64,000 bases of DNA, taken from Octopus vulgaris. Lineage: Eukaryota. A model generated the notes under the pieces. It was not told the DNA's origin. It made no database searches and saw nothing but the letters and a program-made list of their open reading frames with translations. Position numbers and translations under genes: made by a program. Every line of letters starts with the position of its first letter. Position 1 is the first letter of the stretch. Location of the stretch: assembly GCA_951406725.2 (NCBI GenBank), contig OX597834.1, positions 17,112,001 through 17,176,000 of the forward strand, read 5' to 3'. This document shows, piece after piece, positions 1 to 13,543 of this stretch.

Positions 1-426
1 GTAAATCCAATAACTCTACCCAGCCCCTACAACTGGCAGTGATTCCAACACTCCCAACCCCACCATTCAACCCCCAATATAGCAAAAAAAAAAAAAAAAA
101 AAAAAAAGATAGGGGTTGGATATGCCAACAGCTTAAAAGTAATAATAGAATTAGCTTTCAGTTTCTAATGTAAAAGGAAAGGGCGAATTTCCAACTCTTC
201 AATTGAAAGGATGTTGCTAGAACAGATTTCTATTCTATTTTATTTTATGACCTTGTTATAAAAGGAGGGGGGGGGGGTGGGGTGAGAGAGAGAAGGGGGT
301 AACCAGAACATCACACACTAATAATTATTGTTGTAAACAGGAACAGAACTAATGAGACGATTATGTGCATGTGTTGCTAGCTAAACTCATCCAAGTGTCA
401 GTGTAAGAATGAGTGCATGTGCATGT

Positions 427-485
<59 letters not shown>

Positions 486-695
486 AGAATGTAAAGGTGT
501 AATTGAGAGCTAAAAATATAACTTTAGATTACAAAATCACAAACACACACACACATGTATGTATGTATATATATATATATAAGCATGTGTGTGCGTATGT
601 GTATGATATACAAATCATGAATGTACACTAAATACACTCATATATATAAACATACACATATATCCATACATATATTTTCTATATATTAATATATA

Positions 696-790
<95 letters not shown>

Positions 791-918
791 ATACATACAC
801 GTACATTATATATACAAATTATATGTGTTCTATATGTGACTATGTATGTATATATTTCTATATGTATGTGTATATACATCCATATGTGAGTGTGTGTCTA
901 TCTATCTATCTATCTATC

Positions 919-950
<32 letters not shown>

Positions 951-1742
951 TACACACACGTATATAAATATGTATACACACACACAACACATATACACGT
1001 TACACAAACATTATGTGTATGTGTGGGCATGCATACAATATGTGTAGGAGAAAGACTTATAATTTGATTAAAATATGTATCTACAAGTAAGTTCTAAAAT
1101 GCCCAAAGAGTAATTTGAAACAAGGATTTAAAAAAAAAAGTTCTTTTCTTCATTCTTCCTTTCTTTTTTAGTTTATTTTTATTCATTTTCTTGGCTGATG
1201 GACAATTAACACAGTATTTTTAGAAAAATTCTTCTATCTAACAAGTCAAATAATTCATCTTTTAATGTGTGGTATATATGGGTCCATATAGATATATATG
1301 GAAACCAAAATGAAAATTAAAATGAAAAAAAAAAAAAAAAAAAAGAGGAGTGCATGGCCAAATAATTGTATTTAATTTTGGTAAGATGCCAGCAACTGGG
1401 AAGAGAGAATTCAAATTGTTTACCCCAAACCTTTTACTTAATTGGCACTTCATTGACCCTGAAAAGCAAAGTTGATTTCGGCTGGACTTGAACTCAGAAC
1501 ATAATGACTCAGAAGAACTGCTTCTAAGTGTTTTGTCTAATACACTACCTATTCTGCCAGTTTGCTGCCTTAAGTTTTAGCATTTAACCCATTAGTATTC
1601 AAGCAGGCCATATCAGGCCTCTCCCGCCTACCCTACAATACCATTCTGAAAATAAACAATCACATCATTGAAATTTGAAGGCTACAAGATAATACATGAA
1701 TAATTCAAAACAATGTAAATAAATAAGCATTACATTTGATAG

Positions 1743-2080
1743 CGAAGGCGCATGGCTCAGTGGTTAGAGCATCGAGCTTACAATTGTGAGGTTGTGAGTT
1801 AGAATCCTGGACCGGGCTACGTGTTGTGTTCTTGAGCAAGACACTTTATTTCACGTTGCTCCAGTTCACTCAGCTGTAGAAATGAGTTGCGATATCATAG
1901 GTGCCAAGCTGTATCGGCTGTTGCCTTTCCCTTGGATAATACTGGTGGCGTTAAGAGGGGAGGCCGGTATGCAAGGGCGACTGCTGGTCTTCCATAAACA
2001 ACCTTACCTGGACTTGCCCTGGGAGGGTAACTTTCTAGGTGCAATCCCACAGTCAGTCATGACCGAAGGGGGTCTCAGCA
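1743..2080 (+). mobile_element. Full-length tRNA-derived SINE (family B), inserted in an older piggyBac-type MITE
   Basis: A-box TGGCTCAGTGG, B-box-like GTTAGAATCC, CORE-like gtgttcttgagcaagacactt. 11-bp TSD acatttgatag at 1732-1742 and 2081-2091. Related copies at 53508-53837 (-) and 54947-55160 (+). Confidence 0.9.
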
Positions 2081-2480
2081 ACATTTGATAGATAACATGA
2101 ATGCTGAAGGGCTAAACCTGCCATACCTGGTTAAAATAATCTAGCTGCTTTATTTTCAAACTGGCCAGATCAAGGGAGTCTTTATTTTATATTTTGCTTT
2201 ACATTTGACAGAGAAATCTGAATGCTCAAGGGATAATAATAATAATAATAATAAGAAGAAGAAGAAGAAGCAGAATACTGAGAAGAGCATTATCGCTGTG
2301 AAAACAACAACCATTCATGAATTTATTTATTTTTTAAATACATATTAAACCTGTGAATTTGCGTTTGTAATCTGGGAATGCATACAATGAGCTTCTCTGC
2401 CCTAGGTGTATGGAAAACACTCGGCGAGAAAAGGAAGAAAATTTGAAGATACAAGGATAATAATAATAATAATAATAATA

Positions 2481-3042
2481 ATCCTTTCTACTATAGGCAC
2501 AAGGCCTCAAATTTTGAGGGCAGGGTCTAGTTGATTACATTGAACCCAAGGCTCAACTTATTTTATCAAGTCCCAAAAAGATGGAAAGCAAATTTGACCT
2601 TGGTAGAATTTGAACAGAGAATATAAAGACGGACAAAATGCCACTAAGCATTTTACCAGCATGCTAGTGATTCTGCTAGCTTGCTACCCTAATAATTATA
2701 ATAATCCTTTCTATTATAGGCACAAGGCCTGAAATTTTGGAGGAGGGGGCTCAGTTGATAAGATTGACCCCAGTAAGCAACTGGCATTTAATTTATTGAC
2801 CTCGAAAGGATGAAAGGCAAAGTTGACCTCAGTGGAATTTGAACTTAGAACGTAGCAATGGGCGAAATACTGCTAAGCATTTCGTCCAGCGTGCTAATGA
2901 TTCTCCCAGCTCACTCTCTTCAACAATAATAACAATAATAATGGTTTCAAATTTTGGCACAAAGCCAGCAAGTTTGTGAAAGGGGGGGAAAGTCAAAAGT
3001 GTTCAACAGGTACTTATTTTATCGACCCTGAAAGGATGAAAG
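2481..3042 (-). mobile_element. Head-to-tail chain of (ATT)n-tailed SINEs (family D, Meta-domain-like)
   Basis: Repeated body ggcgagctggcagaa...gagttcaaattcc...gcctttcatcctttcggggtcgataaattaagtaccag (read on the minus strand), with copies separated by AAT tracts. Confidence 0.85.
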
Positions 3043-3334
3043 TTTTAAGCCATGCCTGGCTCATAAGTGCCAGTTTCCCGGTTTCCTTGGCGTATAGGTT
3101 CCCCACCTGGACGGGACGCCAGTCTGTTGCAGGTGAGCTGCAAGATGCAGGAGGAAAGAGTGAGAGAAAGTTGTGGCAAAAGAGTCAGCAGAAGTTTGCC
3201 ATTACCTTCTGCTGGAGCCATGTGGAGATTAGGTGTTTCGCTCATAAACACAAACATCGCCCGGTCTGAGATTCGAACCCGCGATCCCTCGACCGCGAGT
3301 CCACTGCTCTAACCACTAGGCCATGTGCCTCCAC
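3043..3334 (-). mobile_element. Full-length tRNA-derived SINE (family C)
   Basis: Minus-strand head gtggaggcacatggcctagtggttagagcag...gggttcgaatctc carries A and B boxes. Perfect 13-bp TSD gaaaggatgaaag at 3030-3042 and 3335-3347. Confidence 0.9.
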
Positions 3335-3732
3335 GAAAGGATGAAAGCGAAGATAGTCTCAATCCAATGAGATAAAAAAAAAAAGAAAAAAGGGGTGAGG
3401 TGGTGGAGGTATAAAAAAATGTCACCAAGCAATTATGCTCTAATAAACAGCAGATTGTTGACTTGGCAGAAATATCAACCTGCAGAAAGTGTAATGAAAA
3501 TAGGAAAGGATAAAAAAAAATATCAACTTATTTTGAAGATAATTACAGCCATTTGCCTCTTCCTGAAACACTCTCACTAACAAGCACTCAATAATTAGCA
3601 GAGGGTCAATATTCTATTACTGTTTCCTCACCATGCAAACCCTCTCTTCTCTCTCCCTCTTTCCACAACACCAGCTGCTGTTGTCACCACCATAATACTA
3701 AAAATAATAATAATGATAATAATAATACTAAA

Positions 3733-3800
<68 letters not shown>

Positions 3801-3811
3801 TGATAATAATA

Positions 3812-5065
3812 ATCCTTTTTATTATAGGGATAAGGCTTGAAACTGGGTGGTGGTGGTGGGAGGGACAGGATAGTTGATTACATCAACTTCAGGGTTTTCA
3901 ACCGGTAATTGAATTATTGACCCCTTGAAAAAAAATGGAAGGCAAAGCCAACCTTGGCGTCATCTGAATTCAGAACATAAAGGTAGATGAAATACTGCTA
4001 GGCATTTTGTCCGGCATGCTAACAATTCTGAAGTTCACCACTTTAATAATCTTTTCTACTCTAAGGTACAAGACCTGAAATTTGTAGGGAGGGGGACTAG
4101 TCGATTACATCGACCCCCAGTGCATAACTGGTATATATTAATAATTTATCGACCGCGAAAGGATGAAAGGCAAAGTGGAATGCTACCTTAATTATTAACA
4201 ACAACAGCAGCAGCAGCAGCAGCAACGGCAGCAACAGCAACAACAATAATAATCTTTTCTACTACAAGCACACAGTCTGAAATTTTTTTGGCAGGGTGAT
4301 TAGTTGATTACATTGACCCCAATGTTTCACTGGTACTTAATTTATTAACCCCTGTAAAGGGGTTGACTTGGTCTTTCATCCTTTCTGGGTTGATAAAATA
4401 AGCACCAGTTTCACACAGCAGGGGTCGATGTAATCCACTAGTCCCTTCCTTCAAAATTTCAGGCCTTGTGCCAATAGTAGAAAGGATTATTATTATTACT
4501 ATTAATAAGGCAGAGAGCTGGCAGATTCGTTAGCTCACCGGGCAAAATGCTTAGCAGTATTTCATCCATCATTATGCTTGGAGATCAAACGCTACCGAAG
4601 TTGACTTAGCCTTTCGTCCTGCCGAGATGAAATAAGCAGCAGTTGTGCCTAAATTTGAAACTATTATTATTATTAAGGTGATGAGCTGGCAAAGTCGTTA
4701 GCACGCCAGGTGAAATGCAAAATGCTTAGCATCCCTTGTTATGTTCTGATTTTAAATGCTACCGAGGTTGACTTAGCCTTTCGTCCTGCCGAGATGAAAT
4801 AAGCACCAGTTGTGCCGAAATTCGAAACTATTATTATTATTATTATGAAGGTGATGAGCTGGCAAAGTCGTTAGCACGCCAGGTGAAATGCAAAATGCTT
4901 AGCACCCCTTATTATGTTCTGATTTTAAACGCTGCCGAGGTTGACTTAGCCTTTCATCCTTTCAGGGTCGATAAAGTAAGTACTAGTTGAGTACTGGAGT
5001 CGATGTAATCAACTTAACCCCACTTCCAAACTTTTCAGGCCTTGTGCCTATAGTAGAAAGGATTA
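3812..5065. mobile_element. Cluster of family D SINEs: minus copies ~3812-4330, plus copies ~4360-5065, including ~175-bp tandem duplications
   Basis: Same body as above. 4505-4675, 4676-4848 and the start of 4849-5065 share private variants (gacttagcc; gaaatgcaaaatgcttagc in the last two). Confidence 0.85.
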
Positions 5066-5130
5066 ATTTATCATCATCATCATCATCATAATTATTATTA
5101 TCATATCATTTTGATATTATCATCATCATA

Positions 5131-5164
<34 letters not shown>

Positions 5165-5859
5165 CTATTATAAATAGCAAGGTTTTGATCTTTGTTACTT
5201 TTTCATTACTTTAAATAACAGTAGCAACATTAGGGCTAATAGTAGCAGTGGTGGTGGGGATGGGGTAACTCTCTTATTACCATCACCATCACCACCACCC
5301 ATCATCATCATTATCATCATCACTACCACTGCCATCATCACCACCTCCATTACCACCAGACAGACAGACAGACAGACACTTGCACACATACATATTAATT
5401 AAATAACTGGCAAATAATACTTAATACATGCCATTATTGGGCCATTTATAAACCAACCTACTTCTTTGTCAGAAAAGCGTAGGTATGTATATGCATGTGT
5501 AGGTGTGTGTGAATGAACACATGTGTTTGTGTTTGCGTGTGTGTGTGTGTGTGTGTGTGTGTAGGATGGTGGTGATTTGTTCTTCCTGTTCTCCGTGGAG
5601 GAAAGAAAAATCTAACAGAAGCTTCCAGTTTATGAATGGCTTAATGGAATGTTACTAAACTGATCCCCATTCCACCATCCCCAGCTCCCACCCCACCCCA
5701 CACTTCAGCACCAGTTTCAATGGAGTAGGAGTGAGGGATGGGAGGGACGGAGGGAGGTTGGAGTTGGAAATGAAATGTATGAGAACAGAAAAAAAATGCG
5801 AGCTATATACACATACACACACACACACACATACGCATGTATACATGTGTGCATGCTTG

Positions 5860-5896
<37 letters not shown>

Positions 5897-8065
5897 TTGC
5901 ATATAGTTTACTGTTCTGTTATAGGTAGGATCAACAAACAAATGTACTCTATCTAGAGAGATAAATATGTATGTAGAACATCTCTATGTATATATGCGTT
6001 TGCAAGGTTTTATATATGTGTGTGTGCGTATATATATATACATACATACATATATATATATATAATTAAAGAATATTATCATCATATATTCTTTAATTCT
6101 TTTAATGTTTCATTCATTTGACTCTGGCCATGCTGGAGCACCGCCTTTAGTCGAGCAAATCGATCCCCAGGGCTTATTCTTTGTAAGCCTATTACTTAGT
6201 CTATTGATCTCTTTTGCCAGTCGTCAAGCAATTGTGGGGAGACAAACACAGACGCACACATACATACACACATAACTAATTCCATCTCACAAATAACCAG
6301 TATCTTACCTACTATATGACATATTGTAAACAACTGGGTTGCGCACCTAAAGAAAATTAGAAACACCCACACACATGCTCAGGTAAACTTTCTGCTCTCA
6401 TTTTGCTTAGTAATTGCTGAGAGAAAATAAAACCTGGACTGAAATACCAGTGTTTACTTTAAAGCAATCAATCAATCAAGCAAACAAAAAAATAAACACG
6501 GATAGAACAGTGGCACCTAGGATTTTGGTGGTTGGATATGTTGGATGGGAAGAAATAAATCTAATACTAGGCCATAATAAAAAAGCCTAAAAGCCTTAAC
6601 ACTTCAGCTTTCAGAAAACTCAGCCAAATATAATGCTTATTCATTGACATTGTTTTGAAATTAATTAATTCTGCATCATCTCGTAGTTTTAAGATTTTGA
6701 TGACGTGATCATTTATTTGTAGAGTGACATGGTAGGGTAGGGGTGAGAAGCTGGATCCAACTGCTTTGAACATAAAACAGAATATTTGGAGTGGATACAA
6801 CTGGTTCAAATGCTAAAGGTTTACGTGAATAAGGACGGTATATCTCACAAGTCTAGGGAGCACATAGAAGCTAACTCATTCTTCTAAGTAATAACCAATG
6901 CATCTTAATATATATTTAGGACTAAATTAGCCAATTTGTCTTCTTTTTTGTTTTTAAAAGTACAAAATTACTTAACTCTTTAGCATTCGGATTACTCAGT
7001 CAAATTTAATTTTGAATTAATCCTAAATGTTCTTATTGCTCCAAGATTTCAATGATATGATTGTTTACTTTTAGAATGACAATATAGGTTATGTATGAGA
7101 GGCCAGATCTGGCCAGTCTGAACATAAAACAGGGAGAGTATTTGGGTCAGATATGGCCAGGTGTCATATATTCAGGTTAAAGGGTTAAATGTATATCTTA
7201 TAATAATTCCTGGATTTATGAGAGTGTCAGGAAGAGGTGAAAAAGAAGTGAGAACATAATTTGGACTGCCAGCTCATACATTAAGTCTCCTGGGAATGTT
7301 GCTCCTATGGAGATAGACTGGCTTCTATCCAGAATGAGCCTCACCTACCATCTGTTATCTGTTTAACATAAAGCTGAACACAAGATGTAAGCACAGGATA
7401 AATGAATTCGTACAGTTGGGTCATGAAAATATTAGCCAGAACATGTTGATTAGATATTTCAAACATGCTGCTTGGCAGGGTGTTTTCATTCACTTCACAC
7501 CAAATATCCACAAGGCAAATGTTTCATATTGCCATCACCCTCACCTCACCATGTGTTGTCAAGGTGAAATAAATATTCATCCATCATATTTCTGATTTAA
7601 CCCTTTGGGCCCTGACCAACCTTGGCACTATTTGAACCTGTGATGGGGTCCTTGAGCCATTTGTGCCCTGTTCTGACAGGGATTAGAGAAACAAAGCAGT
7701 CAAAATATATATAAGGGGGTGCTGAAAAGTTCCTGGCTTTGGGTTAAAGAAAATACAGGAAGATCTGTTAATCATGATTTTATTCTACATACTCCCCTCT
7801 TAGACTCACACACTTACTGTAATGGTCCTTCAGTTTTTCTAAGCCCCGTAAAAGGACTTGGAAAAAAATACAGGAGATCAGTTAATTGTGATTTTATTAT
7901 AAATTAAGTAACTGGTACTTAATTTATCGACCCCGAAAGGATGAAAAGCAAAGTCGACCTCGGCGGAATTTGAACTCAGAACATAATGGCAGACGAAATA
8001 CCGCTAAGCATTTCGCCTGGCATGCTAACATTTCTGCTAGCTTGCCACCTTCATAAAATAAGTAT

Positions 8066-8634
8066 ATTGTGCTTGACAAGACCCAGCAAGCCAAGTGAGT
8101 CCGTAACCATGACCTATGCCAGTGTTGCATAACTGGCCTATTTAAGAGTACCCTTCAATCATTGGGCAATATACGGTGCTTGAGAAGACCTGTTGAGTTA
8201 AGTGAAATCATTGTTGTGGTCGACGCCAGTACCGTCTGACTGGTACCCGTGCTGGTGGCACGTAAAAAGCACCATTCGAGTGTGGTCGATGCCAGTGCCG
8301 CCTGACTAGACCCGTGCCAGTGGTATGTAAAAAGCACCATGCAAGCATGGTCATTGCAAGTGTCACCTGACTGGCTCCTGTGCCAGTGACATGTAAGAAG
8401 CACCACTCGAATGTGGTCGTTGTCAGTATTGCCTGACTGGCCCCTGTGCTGGGGGCACGTAAAAAGCACCCACTACACTCCTGGAGTGGTTGGTGTTAGG
8501 AAGGGCATCCAGCTGTAGAAACCTCACCAGATCAGATTGGAGCCTGGTGCAGCCTCCTGGCTTGCCAGTCCTCAGTCAAACCGTCCAACCCATCCCAGCA
8601 TGGAAAGCAGACGTTAAATGATGATGATGATGAT
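8066..8634 (+). mobile_element. (ATG)n-tailed retroposon (family E) with internal ~60-bp tandem repeats
   Basis: Repeats of gtgc(c/t)ggtggcacgtaaaaagcacc...gccagt..cgcctgactggc, then ggttggtgttaggaagggcatccagctgtagaaa...gcatggaaagcagacgttaaatgatgatg. Other copies: 12696-12892 (-, TSD gactt), 28458-28760 (-), ~45475-45745 (-), 50417-50858 (+), ~55997-56460 (-). Confidence 0.85.
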
Positions 8635-10445
8635 ATACACCTGGTTTTTGAAACAAATCATCATGAAATTTTGATGGATGGTTGTTATTTAGATAATTTT
8701 AAAACAACAAGTTTGTATCATAGAACCAAAGGCAGTCTCTGGCAGGTTGGCATCAAAAGGGTTAACCTTTTAGCATATGAACTGGCCATATTTGGATAAA
8801 ATATTCTATCTGTTTTATGTTGAAACAGATTAGATAAGGCCTCTTACACTTAACCCTGAGTGTCACTCTAAAAATAAACAATCACATCATCGAAATATTG
8901 AAGATACAACACAATGCATGATTAATTCAAAGCAATGTGAATAAATCTTACATTATAAAAGAGAAGCTGATCTCAGTCTGTCTGTCCATAACAACATCCG
9001 CATAGAGGGAAGAAGGGGAAGAGAAAAAGTTGTTGAGAGAGAAAGAGAGAAAAATATAGATAAATAGGTAGTGTTGTCACCTTAGTAACTAACAAGTTTT
9101 GATTAAAAACACAGGAATTTTAAGTGCAAGTCTGTCAACACAATGCAACGCAAACTTCAAAAAGGCCTATATGTATATATATAATACATGTAGTTATTTT
9201 TTGGGGGGCGGGGAGGAGTTGTTTGTGTGTGTGTGTCTGTGTTTCTATATGTCTTTCAACAAATAGACAAATCAACACAGGCTTTAGAACAAAACAACCT
9301 GGTGTTCTTTGAACAAAGCCTTTTGATATATTTGCTCTGTTTCAAGTTTCAGATACTTCCTTGTTGCACTTATTGCTAGAATTGCAGTAAATCAGTGCAT
9401 GATTGGCCCACTGAAAAAAAACGTAATTATAGCTAAGTCAAACTGGGTCACTCGAGAATTAGCTTCCTGGCCATTGACTCAAGAGAGTGCCAGTGACAGG
9501 ATATGAACCACTGACCTCTCAGCTGGCTGCCCTGTACCTTACCAACTAGGCTGTTTGTGTTCTCTTGTATTAATGCTTATCCTCAATGTAATTAAGTGGC
9601 TGGCTTAATTCCAGCACACACTACAACATTTTAGATGTTTAAGCAGCTAAGTCAAATAGGAGACTCAAGGACAATCGAGGACCTAATTAGTGAAATTGTC
9701 ATTTAATATACAAGGGCAGCTGGAGAGGAGAGTGGTACAGACAATAACACAAATCAGAACAATAGTTTAAATAAAAGTCTCATATTATTTCCAATTACCT
9801 TCCAATTAGTTAATTAACACACACACATATATACAGATGTACCATTAGTAATTTAAAATCTTGTACAAACACACACACACACACACACACATGCATACAT
9901 ATAAATATACATACATGTGTCCATATACACAAACATACATACACATATATATATACACATACATATACATATGCACATATATACACATATATATGCACAT
10001 ATATATATACACATATACACACACACACTAAATGAACATTTACAAGTGAAATACTACACACATATGCTTAATATGGCTATAAATTTAAAAGACATACACC
10101 TAGTACAACCAAACATTTTAAATATACCTATTACTACATATTAGTATAATTTACAAAAGACAAAAAAATAATTCTCTTTCTCTCTCTCTTCCCCTGAGAA
10201 TCAGAGATAGGAGAGCCAGAGACATTTTGCCTTATCTATAAACTATTTATCTCTTTTGGAGAGTCTAGAAGAGTGTATTCTGGTAACTGATAACACTTGC
10301 TAATTAATTCCTCAGCTCAGACTTTCTCACGTTGGAAATTAATTAATGGTAAACGATATTTACCTTATCTATAAGAAGTAAATAAAATGAAAAAAAAAAA
10401 AAAATTTTCCTTTTTACTCTTAAAAGAATATCCTTTTATTCATTG

Positions 10446-10503
<58 letters not shown>

Positions 10504-10648
10504 TATTAAATAGCTAAACACAATTATCTTTATCTACCAAACACTCTACAAATTTTATAGAAACATGTTGTGGTTAGTCTTTTACAACAATCCTCTAGTC
10601 TTCTGTTAGAATTATATTAGAAGACTAGCAGGTACCAAGTTGTCTTAA

Positions 10649-10870
10649 CCCTTTAGTGTTCGCATTATTCTGCCAAAATTAATGCTTCTTCATCTACATT
10701 GTTTTGAACTAATCATTCATTAATCTTGTAGCTATGAGATTTTGATGAGGTAGCTGTTAATTTTTTAAACAATATTGTAGGGTTGGTGTGAGAGACCAGA
10801 TATGGCTAGTTTGAACATAAAACAAGTAGAATATTTTTGGCCGGATATGGCCGGTTTAAATGCTAAAGGG
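10649..10870 (+). mobile_element. piggyBac-type MITE (~221 bp), young subfamily
   Basis: TTAA TSD at 10645-10648 and 10871-10874; TIR CCCTTTAG/CTAAAGGG. Older copies at ~1586-2115, 6640-6822, 6972-7188, 8763-8960, 10884-11060, 23671-23897, 27221-27440, 56688-57177 and 57347-57530. Confidence 0.9.
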
Positions 10871-11168
10871 TTAAAGGGATTATTAATCCTTTCGCATTTA
10901 AACTGGCCATATCTGGATTCAAGTCATCCAGATTTGGCCTCCCACAAATAAGCAATCACATCATTGAAATCTTAAAGCTATAAGACAATGCATGATTAAT
11001 TCAAAATGAATCAACATCATCATCAACATCATTTAATAATCTGAATGCTAACAGTGTTAAACCAAGTAGTATTGGTACTTTATCTTATTAAGCCTGGAAG
11101 AATAAAAGACAAATTTGAGTTTGGCCACATTTGACCTCATTTTTTACTATATTTCCATAGAAATACAC

Positions 11169-11506
11169 TATATTTGATTTATGACTAAATGGTTTTTGCT
11201 GTTGCTTCACACCATGTCAGTTCTTATCCATGGAATCGAACTCGGAATCTTGGGGTTAGCAGCCCGCACTCTTTAAGAGATGAGGAATTCTGCACATTAA
11301 TTACATTATTTACATTCAACGGATATTTGTCCTCATCTTGTTCGACAGATATCTGTCCTCATCACTACGCCATATGCCCGTGGGCATATGGCGTAGTGGT
11401 TAAGAGCGTGGGCTACTAACCCCAAGATTCCGAGTTCGATTCCATGGATAATGACTGACATGGTGTGAAGCAACAACAAAAACAATTTAGTCATAAATCA
11501 AATATA
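11169..11506. repeat. Long palindrome with two divergent tRNA-derived heads; left arm interrupted by an ~86-bp insert
   Basis: 11169-11276 plus 11363-11379 is the reverse complement of 11382-11506 with few mismatches; the axis is at 11380/11381. The right arm has an A-box (TGGCGTAGTGG), an anticodon-like arm (gggct-ACT-aaccc) and a B-box (GTTCGATTCC). Confidence 0.85.
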
Positions 11507-11822
11507 TTCAGCCATGGTAAGTCTACATTTGGCCCCGACTGTTTTTTCATCTAACCAGATATGAGGAAGAATAGTAGTGTTCAAGCAAATGTCTCGCTGT
11601 TGTACATGAGGATTTTTAGAGGTTTGCTCAACCTGTTAGAAATAGTAGACCAAATTTCCTTAAAAAAAAACTCAAAAAAGAAACCTCACCTCTTATCTGT
11701 TTCAAACAGAGATATGTTGGAGAATGTAACTTTAGAAAACTAAATGGTATAACCACACATAGAATGACCTAGAGCTAAACATCAACACACACACACACAC
11801 ACATCTAATGATAAACACAGAC

Positions 11823-11855
<33 letters not shown>

Positions 11856-11985
11856 TATACGTATGTATACATATATGTCTGGTTTAACACACACACAAAA
11901 ACACACTAATATATATGTATACACATAGACACCTGTCTGTGCGTGAGTGAATTAATGTGTGAAAGAGGGAGGGAGGGAGAGTGAG

Positions 11986-12126
<141 letters not shown>

Positions 12127-13543
12127 TTGCATGTATGCTTATTTTAACTAAATCTTTCTCACTTTTGTTGTTATTTTGCCCCGGGATATTCTAGGTGCGA
12201 GTATTCCATTTTATCTGTTTTCAGATATAGTATATCTAGAGATACATTATCCAACATGTACTTTTATGTATACATATAAATATATATTTTTTTTAATGCA
12301 CACACACACACACACGCATGCACGCACACAAAAGTAGCAATGCAAGGTACTGATTGATTTTTACTTCGTCTATAACTAACTAGGTTATCACAGCTACCAC
12401 ATAGCATTGAAAAATTATAAAAAATAAAAATCAAATTATTCAGTAACCTAGCAGTCGCCTGAGGTGGAAAATAATGGAAACACTGGAGTGAAATATCAAT
12501 TTTATACTGAACAGTATTAAAAAAGAACAAAAAATTCCAAATACATGGTGTGGTATATGGAAAAAATATTGTGGTCATGTGGTAAGAAGTCTGCTTTCCA
12601 ACCATATGGTTCTGGGTTCAGTCCCACAGCATGCCACTTTGGGCAAATGTCTTCTACTATAGGTGCAGGCTGACCAAAACTTTGTGAATGGACTTCATCA
12701 TCATCATCATCATTTAACGTCCGCTTTCCATGCTAGCATGGGTTGGACGGTTCAACTGGGGTCTGTGAAGCCAGAAGGCTGCATCGGGCCCAGTCTGATC
12801 TGGCAGTGTTTCTACGGCTGGATGCCCTTCCTAACGCCAACCACTCCGTGAGTGTAGTGGGTGCTTTTTACGTGCCACCCGCACAGGTGCCAGACTTTGT
12901 AGACAGAAACCAAAAGAAGTCCATTACACACACACACAGTACAAAGACAGAATGAACAGAAAAACACTTGGTATCAGTTTAGAAGTGGTTCGCAATTGGG
13001 GTTCCTATGACTCATCTGAGCCCATGTAAGATTTCTGGGTGATAAGTCAACCTGAGCAGTTATTGTATATATCCATTACATTATGTCTTTAGATGCAATT
13101 TTACCTGAAGTATATATATATATATTTTTCATATTTTACTTGTTTCAGTGATTAGACTGTGGCCACTTTGAAGAATTTTTTTTAGCTGATTGAATCACTC
13201 CCAGTACTTATGTCTTTTGCCAAACTGTTAAGTTATGGGGATGTAAACACACCAACACCAGTTGTCAAGCAGTGGTGGGACAAACACAGATGCAAAGACA
13301 TACACACACATGCACATATATGACAGGCTTCCTTCAGTTTCCGTCTACCAAATTCACGAACAAGGCTTTGGTCAGCTTGAGGTTATAGCAGAAGACACTT
13401 GCTCAATATGCCATGCAGTAGGACTGAACCCAGAACTATGTGGTAGGGAAGCAAGCTTCTTACCACATATCCACACCTGTATCTACACTAGACATTCACA
13501 TCTCATATATATATATGTTTATGTTTATATATATATATATATA

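Noticed and set aside
5665-5770. Adjacent C-rich and G-rich tracts as a G-quadruplex switch
   Set aside because: Low-complexity purine/pyrimidine tracts are common throughout the window and nothing marks this one as functional.
10592-10632. Hairpin ctagtcttct/agaagactag as a miRNA precursor
   Set aside because: The stem is only ~10-13 bp, too short, and there is no supporting evidence.
11382-11445. tRNA gene with ACT anticodon (and tRNA-like heads at 1743, 3334 and 53837)
   Set aside because: No convincing acceptor stem or terminator; each continues into a repeat body, so they are tRNA-derived element heads.
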